64,000 bases of DNA from a virus: positions 1 to 64,000 of the IMG/VR virus record IMGVR_UViG_3300028920_002946; one strand, 5' to 3'. Each line of letters begins with the position of its first letter. Position 1 is the stretch's first letter. Below the pieces are notes generated by a model. The model was not told the DNA's origin. It did no database searches and saw only the letters and a program-made list of their open reading frames with translations. This document shows positions 8,193-18,300 of the stretch, piece after piece. A program made the position numbers and the translations under genes.

Positions 8193-10070
8193 GATAGGGT
8201 ATTGGTTCTCAAACGGTCCGACACTTGCCGTTGCGCCAGAGCGCGTATCGCCAACGATATCGTCCGTGGGGACGTCCGAGTCCACGGAGGGCCCGACCCC
8301 GGCGTCCCTGAGGTGCGAACCGAGAGACATCCTGTAGTCGAAATCCACCGTGTAGTTCGGGTTGTAGAACTCGTCGTCCCAATTTGATATGGATACAGGG
8401 TTAGTGCCGTTTCCGTCATCGGAGGCGCAGTGGTCAACCGTCCCGCCTGCGAAATCAGTGGTATTGTCAAACACGATGCTGTTTTTAACCGTGTATGTTC
8501 CTATATTGAACCCCTTGACGAAACCACGAACCAAACTGTTGTACATGGTGCAGCCACCGACGACACCGGCCCCCGACAAGGGGGGAGTACCTCCAAAGGC
8601 GAGCACACTATTTGTAATCTTGAGAACGCTCAACGCTTGATTCCAAGCGACGGCAGTATCGTTGCTTGTCCTCCCTGACGGTATCACCAAGATGCTCTTG
8701 TCTACAGTCACGTTGCATACGGATCCGACATCGATGTGAAATGGGGTCATATTGGCCGTGGCATAGATTTGAAGAGAAAGGACTGTCACCTGAGACAGGA
8801 CATCCGAAACCCGTATGCCTTCACCGTAAGTTACGTCTTGAATCTTGGTATACTTGCTGGCATCATACACACCGCTGTTGTTTGCTCCGTTACTCACTGC
8901 AGGGTTTCCTCTGACCGTGAATGACACCCCTGTTTCAGTATATGAGAGAAGGTCAACTGTCGAACTGTCCTGCACCGATCCACAGCAAAGAATCTCAAGG
9001 TTCTCGTCTGACCCACAATAGGCAAGCTGGTCTGTGGCTTCTCCCAATGAGGCATAAGCACGGTCGTCCCCTGTGGCGGCGTTCGTAATACCTGTCCCGC
9101 CCGCTGTGCTTCCCGTGTTCACATAAAAGGTCGTCGCTGACGAATAGTCCCCAAGATAGAGTCTTCCCCCCAACACCCCGGTCATCCACTTCGAGGCATC
9201 AGCGGAAATGGCGCAGCAGTATCTCCAATCCGAAGCCGCCGTCTTACCGGGGCGAATCTGACACCAGGTGCTCCCCGAATCAAAGGATCGGTACACATAC
9301 CCGCCCCCGTAGATCTGGAGCATAATGTCCGAACCGTCCGACGATATAGCGCATCCGTGCCAATTCTTGTTCCCTGCTCCCGCTGGTTCCACCGCGGACC
9401 AGTCTGCCCCGGAGTTGTATGAGATGTAGGATCCACCACCGATTTCGATGGCTACGATTGTCGCACCATCATCGGACATTGCAAATCCCTGCCACGTGCC
9501 CGTTGTGTTCCCCTTCGGCTGCACCTCATCCCAATCAGTACCGTAGTTTGAGGAGTAGTAGCAACGGCTCCCATATCCTCCCACAATGACTCTTGACCCA
9601 TCCCCGGAAGCCGCCATACGTCCTGCGCTGTGAACATTTGACCATGAAGATCCGGAATTTCCAGAGTACCACAAATTGCCGCCGGTTTCAGATATGTAAA
9701 GCTTTGTGCCATCATTGGAAAGAGCACAGTAGCTGTAGTTGTAGTTCTTGTCCCCTGCGGGGCGGACCTCGGACCAACTTGAACCGGAATTTGATGTGTA
9801 CCACAAACGGCCATTGTACGCCGTCACCAACATCTTCGTTCCGTCTGAGGACATGGAAGCCCAGAACCATCCGCGGGCGACTGCGTCGTTGTAGGGATCC
9901 GTTGTTCCCCACGAAGACCCACCATCCGAGGAGTAGTACAGATAGCCGCTGGCGGACAACCCGCCTGCCCCGGCAAGGATGCATCCACCGTCATCGGAAA
10001 TGGCGCTGACGTACCAATTGTTGTTGGACGCCCCGCTTGGTTGAGTTTCTGACCATTTAACTAATGCCAC
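8157..10070 (-). CDS. Asp-box/BNR beta-propeller fused to a beta-helix module; putative adhesin/RBP
   Basis: Start revised to GTG at 10070, which has AAGGAGG upstream. Repeated S(S/D)DG...YxSxDxGxSW blades; internal copy of the array N-terminal motif (FYVNTGSTAGGTGITNAATG); C-terminus PPNTIWFGADF. Confidence 0.7.
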   Translation of the reverse strand: MALVKWSETQPSGASNNNWYVSAISDDGGCILAGAGGLSASGYLYYSSDGGSSWGTTDPYNDAVARGWFWASMSSDGTKMLVTAYNGRLWYTSNSGSSWSEVRPAGDKNYNYSYCALSNDGTKLYISETGGNLWYSGNSGSSWSNVHSAGRMAASGDGSRVIVGGYGSRCYYSSNYGTDWDEVQPKGNTTGTWQGFAMSDDGATIVAIEIGGGSYISYNSGADWSAVEPAGAGNKNWHGCAISSDGSDIMLQIYGGGYVYRSFDSGSTWCQIRPGKTAASDWRYCCAISADASKWMTGVLGGRLYLGDYSSATTFYVNTGSTAGGTGITNAATGDDRAYASLGEATDQLAYCGSDENLEILCCGSVQDSSTVDLLSYTETGVSFTVRGNPAVSNGANNSGVYDASKYTKIQDVTYGEGIRVSDVLSQVTVLSLQIYATANMTPFHIDVGSVCNVTVDKSILVIPSGRTSNDTAVAWNQALSVLKITNSVLAFGGTPPLSGAGVVGGCTMYNSLVRGFVKGFNIGTYTVKNSIVFDNTTDFAGGTVDHCASDDGNGTNPVSISNWDDEFYNPNYTVDFDYRMSLGSHLRDAGVGPSVDSDVPTDDIVGDTRSGATASVGPFENQYPIPPNTIWFGADF

Positions 10071-10284
10071 AGGACCAACCCTCCTTGTAGCACCCATACA
10101 TCCCCGATGCCGCGCAGTTTTCCGAGATGTAATCGTACATGTCGGCGGTCACGGTGCCGCCCGATTGTATCACGGCAAAGCCGTGCCCGACCGAACTCGA
10201 CAAGCACGGTTCGCCCCCCGATGTGGCGTTCGTGGTGCCGTCACCGCCCGCGCTGCTCGCCGTGTTCACGTATCTCGTTACCAT
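10057..10284 (-). pseudogene. Chimeric 75-aa remnant: array N-terminal motif joined to an unrelated beta-helix-like gene end
   Basis: First 23 codons match 6470..8140, then an extra G (G6 versus G5) shifts the frame and the homology ends. Confidence 0.6.
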
Positions 10285-10337
10285 GTGCTAAAACTCTCCC
10301 CCTAGAAATCCGCCCCGAACCATATGGCATTGGGGGG
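10202..10337. repeat. Direct repeat copy 2 (first copy 8059..8192)
   Basis: Differs from copy 1 by two single-base homopolymer indels and a few substitutions. Confidence 0.9.
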
Positions 10338-11363
10338 CGCGGTATATTCACCAGAGGATGCGAAACTTGCGGCGTTCTTTTGATTCTCATACTCGGTGGC
10401 GATCTCTTCGTCGCTCATCACGTGGTCCATGACAACCAGTTCGTCAACCCTACCGTTTAGGTATAGTTGGCTTGAACCGGATCGGCTGTATTTGCCGATA
10501 AATACCGTGGCACTCTCATCAGAAGACATCCCTAAGTCACCAAACCACTTCCCGTTATCGACCGAGTTCGACCAAAAGGATAAGGTTTTCTTCACTCCGT
10601 TTATGTACATGTTGTACGAATCGCCGTCAGAGGTCAGCGCAATGTGAAAAAACTCATCCTCCGTTGGTACGTAATCCGAATATCCAAGTATGTAGTTACC
10701 TCCAAACGCACCGTCAACTAAGCGCCATACGAAATACATATTGTAATTATTGACGGTATTATAGGCTAGATAAAAGTAAACGCTTGTGGAGTTCATTTTT
10801 GTCAGAATAAAAATCGCACCGGGCACTACTGTGTTGTAGCGGACCCACGCCTTGATCGTGCCCCGGTCACTCGTGAGGTGCTGGCGAAGATCGGGAACCT
10901 CAACGAAACCGTCCCCTGCAAACTCCACAGCATCATTTATCTGGCCCTCAGCTTCCGAGGCGTTTGTGAGCGAGCTTGCCTCATCGTTCGATGAGGAGTC
11001 CGATGCTCCGCTGTCTACATCCTGATAGTGGTGTACGAGCTGGGCGTCCCTGGCATCCCACACCCCCACATCGTTGGACCTTTCATCCCCTCCGTAATGG
11101 CACAGTATAGCCGTATCCTTCGTGGAGGATACTGAAGGTATGTTGACCCATGCCTCCACCTTCTCGGAGTCGCTGTCGAACAGGACTATTTCACGGTCAA
11201 GTTCAGTAACATTTGCAGAGTCGTAGAACCTGATGCCCTGCTTTGTCCCGGCCCAGAAATCATCAGGGATCCCAAGCATCTCCTCATTGAAGAGAAAGGC
11301 GTAATTGGTCAGATTGCCCGACACCTTCGTGTGGTCAATCGTTATTTGAAATATAGAACTCAT
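10302..11363 (-). CDS. DUF2341-like domain + LamG/concanavalin-A-like lectin domain
   Basis: ITIDHTKVSGNLTN...IRFYD...LDREI...AWVNIP...ILCHYG is DUF2341-like; TIKAWV...FFHIALT...MYING...LNGRVDELVV is LamG-like. Visibly lower GC than flanking core genes. Confidence 0.75.
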   Translation of the reverse strand: MSSIFQITIDHTKVSGNLTNYAFLFNEEMLGIPDDFWAGTKQGIRFYDSANVTELDREIVLFDSDSEKVEAWVNIPSVSSTKDTAILCHYGGDERSNDVGVWDARDAQLVHHYQDVDSGASDSSSNDEASSLTNASEAEGQINDAVEFAGDGFVEVPDLRQHLTSDRGTIKAWVRYNTVVPGAIFILTKMNSTSVYFYLAYNTVNNYNMYFVWRLVDGAFGGNYILGYSDYVPTEDEFFHIALTSDGDSYNMYINGVKKTLSFWSNSVDNGKWFGDLGMSSDESATVFIGKYSRSGSSQLYLNGRVDELVVMDHVMSDEEIATEYENQKNAASFASSGEYTAPPNAIWFGADF

Positions 11364-11394
11364 CTTTACGCCCTAGAAATATTGCCCATACCAA

Positions 11395-13851
<2,457 letters not shown>

Positions 13852-13865
13852 TTGGCCGCCCTCAC

Positions 13866-14594
13866 TTATACCGTGTCCTGGACGTTGTCCTCAGAGTCGT
13901 CCACGGTGTCGATCCACGTGTCCATGCTGCTGTCCACCACGTCCTGAACGTACGAGGCCAGGCTACTCTGGTACGCCGGGACGGAACTGCCCTCGGGCCC
14001 CTTCACCCCCGTGGCCCCCTGCACCGCGAACCCTCCAAGGCCCGTGTGGCCGCGCGGGCCGGTCAGCCCCATATAGCCGGTCAAGCCGCCGCCCCCGGTG
14101 ACCCCCGGGAAGCCCGTGGACCCCCTTGGGCCCGTCGCGCCCCTCGCCCCGCGAAGGGTGAAGTTGCCGTACCCCCTGTACACCTCGATGTCCCCGGCCG
14201 TGACCGGGAGCATCGCGCTCAAGTCCTCCGACCCGTCGTGGCGCAGCCTCACCAGCATCAGCGGCAGCATCCCCGACAAATCCGGGAAGGTCTTCACGAC
14301 GCCGAAGCTGCGCCTGTTCATCGCTATGCTCGGCACCACCTCCACGGCGCCGGCCTCGTCGAGGCAGACCAGCACGTACATCACGTCGCCGCGGTTGTTG
14401 AACACCCGGCGCGACGACGCCGCCATCCGGGCCGCGACCGCACGCGGTATGTCGATGCGGACATCCCCGTACCGCACCCAATGGTCGCCGACGACCACCA
14501 TGCCGCCCTTGGCTGACGCGGTGTCTTCGGCGCGGAGGGAGTCGTCTCTGACCTTAAGGCCGAAATCCCTCTTGTTCTTGGGTATTATCGCCAT
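13866..14594 (-). CDS. Fibre-anchor-like domain + short collagen segment
   Basis: 242 aa; N-terminal beta-rich domain resembling those of 14631..15290 and 17232..18299, followed by Gly-X-Y repeats. Confidence 0.55.
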   Translation of the reverse strand: MAIIPKNKRDFGLKVRDDSLRAEDTASAKGGMVVVGDHWVRYGDVRIDIPRAVAARMAASSRRVFNNRGDVMYVLVCLDEAGAVEVVPSIAMNRRSFGVVKTFPDLSGMLPLMLVRLRHDGSEDLSAMLPVTAGDIEVYRGYGNFTLRGARGATGPRGSTGFPGVTGGGGLTGYMGLTGPRGHTGLGGFAVQGATGVKGPEGSSVPAYQSSLASYVQDVVDSSMDTWIDTVDDSEDNVQDTV

Positions 14595-14621
14595 TCGCGT
14601 ACCCGTCTTGAATGCGCGGCT

Positions 14622-14634
14622 ATCAATAGACTAT
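14622..14634 (-). promoter_or_regulatory. Putative late-promoter motif variant ATAGTCTATTGAT
   Basis: One mismatch to consensus; overlaps the TAG stop of the upstream gene; 28 nt before the next ATG. Confidence 0.55.
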
Positions 14635-15290
14635 TCCGCCGCCTGGAAAAAGGATGTCAGCGGCACGTGCACCTGCCAGTTGATGCCCGTCATGCCCCGC
14701 ACGCCCGTCTCGCCCCGCGGGGCGACGGGCTGCGGGCCCGTGTGCCCGGCCATACCGGACGCGCCCAAGGCCCCCCTGTCCCCCTCCGGCCCGGTCGCGC
14801 CCTGGGGTCCTGTCTCGCCCGCCACGTCGCTGTCGACGCCGGTTATGCCCTTCCGCCCGGCGTCGAGGACGTTGCCCGCGCCGTTGAAGTACTCCAAATT
14901 CTCGTTTCTCAGCGGCAGATAGCCGAGGTTGAGGTCGTCCGACCCGTCCTGGACCGCCACGACGCCGACCAGGGGCACGATGTCGAAGGCGACCGGGCGC
15001 GGCACCGACCGCACGCTCGTGAACGGCACCTGCCTGCCCTCCACGACCTTGATGCCCTCGTCGAGATCCAGCCCCACCATGAGGTAGACGGCGTAATTCC
15101 GGTTCTGGAAGAACCTCGTGCGGGGCGGCACGACGGCCCGGCCGATGTACGCCGACAGCCTGAACAGCACCGCGTCGTAGTTGACCCAGCTGTTGTCGAC
15201 GACCACCGAACCCGCCTCTATGCGCACCGAGTCGTCGGAGTAGCCCGGGGTCGTCCCCGCCGTCACCTGTGCCGATCTTGGCTTGAGCAT
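14631..15290 (-). CDS. Fibre-anchor-like domain + short collagen segment
   Basis: Start revised to ATG at 15290 (MLKPRSAQV; GGGGAAGG upstream). The longer listed ORF overlaps the PKD gene. Confidence 0.55.
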   Translation of the reverse strand: MLKPRSAQVTAGTTPGYSDDSVRIEAGSVVVDNSWVNYDAVLFRLSAYIGRAVVPPRTRFFQNRNYAVYLMVGLDLDEGIKVVEGRQVPFTSVRSVPRPVAFDIVPLVGVVAVQDGSDDLNLGYLPLRNENLEYFNGAGNVLDAGRKGITGVDSDVAGETGPQGATGPEGDRGALGASGMAGHTGPQPVAPRGETGVRGMTGINWQVHVPLTSFFQAAE

Positions 15291-15298
15291 GCCTTCCC

Positions 15299-16003
15299 CT
15301 AGTCGAAGATCAGAGACGGCCCCGCCGGCCGCCGGAACCCGTTCTCGCCCGGCGACGAGCCGGACTGCACGTAGCACCTGACGCCGTTCGGGAGTATGTT
15401 GGTCAAACAGTCGCCCACCTTGGGCATGTGGGCGAGTATCTCGTCGACCTGCGGCGGCGCGATGTCGTACGTGTACAGCGTGGCCTCGCCCTGCACCACC
15501 GTTATGTAGGCCGCCTTCGCCTCCGTGTCCTGCCTCCCCACGGCGTTCGTGACCAGGAGCGTGACGGTGTACGTCCCCGGCTGGTCGTAGACGTGCGTCG
15601 GGCTCTCCAGCGTGGACGTGCGGCCGTCGCCAAACGTCCAGAGCCACGAGACGATGGGGTTCGACGACGTGCTGGTGTCCGTGAACTTCACGCTCAGGGG
15701 GGTGTAGCCCGTCACCTTGTTGGCCGAGAAGTCGGCGACCGGCGTGTCAGCGTAGACATCGATGTAGTCGATCTTGGTCTCGTCGTCGCTGCCGTCGGCG
15801 TTGAACGAGTCCAAGGTGACGGTGTACGTCCCCGCGCCCGTGTACGTGTGATACGGGTTCTGCTCCACGCCCGTGGGGCTTCCATCCCCGTAGTCCCAAT
15901 ACCACCCGGTCGGGGAGTTGGTGGAGAGGTCGATGAACGTGACGCCCAGCGGCTCTATGCCCGTTACTGGATAACCTTCAAAATCAGATATTGGTGCGGC
16001 CAT
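15299..16003 (-). CDS. Double PKD-domain protein
   Basis: Two textbook PKD repeats (WDYGDG...NPYHTYTGAGTYTVTL; WTFGDG...SPTHVYDQPGTYTVTL). Confidence 0.85.
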   Translation of the reverse strand: MAAPISDFEGYPVTGIEPLGVTFIDLSTNSPTGWYWDYGDGSPTGVEQNPYHTYTGAGTYTVTLDSFNADGSDDETKIDYIDVYADTPVADFSANKVTGYTPLSVKFTDTSTSSNPIVSWLWTFGDGRTSTLESPTHVYDQPGTYTVTLLVTNAVGRQDTEAKAAYITVVQGEATLYTYDIAPPQVDEILAHMPKVGDCLTNILPNGVRCYVQSGSSPGENGFRRPAGPSLIFD

Positions 16004-16096
16004 TCCTACCCCTGTTATACATCTATTGACCCTTGAATCTAGTCATCTATCTAATGCCATATATTCAAAAAATTCAATATATTAGAAATATTATAG

Positions 16097-16567
16097 CTAT
16101 TCATTCTTCCGGATCTTCGAACCCAACTCGACGTTGTAGTTCCCGTACGCCCCATAGACATGGGACGGCCCCGTCGCGCAGGAGTGCAGCGAGGCGTCGC
16201 CGAAGTCCCAATCCCAATCGTAGAACTCGTACCCCGTGGGCGCGGAACTCGTGTTTGTGAACGAGGCCGTCACCGGGGGTTCGCTCTCCTCATTGTAGGA
16301 GGCCGAGAAGGAGAGTTCGCCCACCCGTATCCAAGCGCGCATTATCACCGACGAACTGGACCCGCCCGGGGCGTAGGCGGTCACGACAACCGTGTGATAT
16401 CCCGCGGTCGTGTAGACGTGCGTGGGATTCTGGACGGCGCTCGTGGCACCGTCTCCGAAATCCCACACGTACGAAAGCCACGTGCCGGACAGGACGGTGA
16501 CGCCGAAGTTCACCGTAAGCGGGGCCGCCCCCAACACCACATCCGCCGTAGGTCGTATGTCTGCCAT
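16097..16567 (-). CDS. PKD-domain protein
   Basis: WDFGDGATSAVQNPTHVYTTAGYHTV plus a second WDFGD repeat. Confidence 0.85.
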   Translation of the reverse strand: MADIRPTADVVLGAAPLTVNFGVTVLSGTWLSYVWDFGDGATSAVQNPTHVYTTAGYHTVVVTAYAPGGSSSSVIMRAWIRVGELSFSASYNEESEPPVTASFTNTSSAPTGYEFYDWDWDFGDASLHSCATGPSHVYGAYGNYNVELGSKIRKNE

Positions 16568-16577
16568 CGGCTATCAC

Positions 16578-17222
16578 CTAGTCAAGGACGCCCGCCATCG
16601 CGCGCGTCTCGTAGTAATACTCCCGCAAATCCCTGTCGCCGAGCCATATCTTGAACTCATCTATCTTCAGCGTGCTGTTCGGCGCGAGTCGGAAGACGTT
16701 CGAGTTCAGGGCCGGCGGGGATCCGTTCACGGACTTGGCCACGGACAGGGCGCGCCTGACCGTCGAGTAGGTGCCGGCGTACATCCCGTCCGCGCCCGCG
16801 TGGAACTCAACCAGGACCCACCGACCGACAGCCGTCACGGGATCGGCGGATCTGTGGACGTAGTTGTAGTCCTCGTACACGAGCCTGAGGTTGGAGTCGA
16901 GGCGGAATCTCCAATACTCCGTGTCGGAGTAGCTGACCCCCTCGGCTATGACGAAATCGGGTCGAGGATGGTTCTCGTTGACCACCACATAGCCCGATCT
17001 CGTCAAGGTGTCCTGCGACGAGGCGTCCTCGACCACCAACGTCACATCGTACTCACCGGGGAGATAGGTGTGGTTCACGGCCGTGAGGTTGCCGTCCACC
17101 GACGTTCCGTCGCCGAATATCCACTTGCGCGACACTATCGTGCCGACGGAGGCGTCGTTGAACGTAACGGTGACCAAGCCGTCGCCCACCCTGTTCGTCG
17201 CTGTGAACCCCGCTGTCGCCAT
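16578..17222 (-). CDS. PKD domain + LamG-like C-terminal domain
   Basis: WIFGDGTS...NHTYLPGEYDVTL; C-terminal GRWVLVEF...KIDEFKIW. Confidence 0.7.
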   Translation of the reverse strand: MATAGFTATNRVGDGLVTVTFNDASVGTIVSRKWIFGDGTSVDGNLTAVNHTYLPGEYDVTLVVEDASSQDTLTRSGYVVVNENHPRPDFVIAEGVSYSDTEYWRFRLDSNLRLVYEDYNYVHRSADPVTAVGRWVLVEFHAGADGMYAGTYSTVRRALSVAKSVNGSPPALNSNVFRLAPNSTLKIDEFKIWLGDRDLREYYYETRAMAGVLD

Positions 17223-17231
17223 CGCCCGCCC

Positions 17232-18299
17232 CTACGGCTGCACTATCAGCTTCGTCTTGTCCATGTACCCGGCCACGTTCGTGGCCCTCAGCTTCACCAA
17301 ATGCTCGCCCGTCGTCACCGTCGCCGTGAATATCTCGGCCGTGGACACGGGCGCGCCATCCATCGTCCATTGGAACGAGTCGGGGAAGTAGGAACACCTC
17401 TCCGAGAACCGCAGGACGCCGGTCACCCCGTTGACCCCCGTGTAGTAGAAGTCGGACTCGGGCTTGATATCCACCCTCACCCACGCCTGCAGCACTCCAG
17501 TGAACCCCGAGAAGTCGACGTACGCGTCATGCTCGTACGACGAGTAATCCCCTTGGTTGACCACCGAGTGGCAGTTGTCCACAATTCCCGTTTCCCTCGT
17601 GTACGAGGAGGTCAGATCCGACCCGGTGACGCCGAGGCCCGTGGCGGACCACGTGCAGTCCCTGGCGCGAGCCGAGTAATCCGTTTGCACCTCGCCGTCC
17701 GACTTGAATTTCATGTACATCAGCAGGTCGAGATCCGGGTACACGCCCGTCACGCCCCCGACGCCCTGCATGCCGGTGACGCCGACACCCGTGGGGCCGC
17801 CATCTCCCGTGACGCCCTGCCACCCGTCCATGCCGGTCCAGCCCTGCGCCCCCGAATGGCCCTGCCACCCCGTGGGGCCGAGCGGCCCCTGGAGGCCCGG
17901 TTCCCCGGTCACGCCCCCGTCGCTTATGGTGAAGCACGACATCCGGGAGTATTCGTTGACCCTGACCACCGAGTTGCCGCCGAGCGACTGCAGGACCACA
18001 AACTGGGCCACGGGCACGAGGTTCGGCAGAACGCGCGACGTGGCCGAGGATATAAACCTGGTGGACAGGGCAACCCGGTCGTAAACCAAGCGGCCCGACT
18101 CTACCTCGTAGTACACGTTCACGACGGCGTAGTGGCCCTTCTCGGACGGCAAGCTGAATATGCCCCGCCGCTGGATGGGCACAACCACCTTTCCGATCGG
18201 CACCACGCGGTCGTTGTAGAGTATGTTGCCCAAATCGGCGACATAATCAACCGTGCCGTCCGCGTTCCTGCGCTCCGTGACCGTGTTGGTCCTTACCAT
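17232..18299 (-). CDS. Anchor domain + collagen segment + LamG-like/PKD-like domains
   Basis: 355 aa; Gly-X-Y run in the middle; PDLDLLMYMKF and FQWTMDG motifs. Confidence 0.55.
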   Translation of the reverse strand: MVRTNTVTERRNADGTVDYVADLGNILYNDRVVPIGKVVVPIQRRGIFSLPSEKGHYAVVNVYYEVESGRLVYDRVALSTRFISSATSRVLPNLVPVAQFVVLQSLGGNSVVRVNEYSRMSCFTISDGGVTGEPGLQGPLGPTGWQGHSGAQGWTGMDGWQGVTGDGGPTGVGVTGMQGVGGVTGVYPDLDLLMYMKFKSDGEVQTDYSARARDCTWSATGLGVTGSDLTSSYTRETGIVDNCHSVVNQGDYSSYEHDAYVDFSGFTGVLQAWVRVDIKPESDFYYTGVNGVTGVLRFSERCSYFPDSFQWTMDGAPVSTAEIFTATVTTGEHLVKLRATNVAGYMDKTKLIVQP

Positions 18300-18300
18300 G

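Noticed and set aside
2052-8400. Diversity-generating retroelement (TR/VR pair) behind the RBP repeats
   Set aside because: Mismatches between repeat copies involve all four bases rather than only adenines, both copies are coding, and no reverse transcriptase is in the window.
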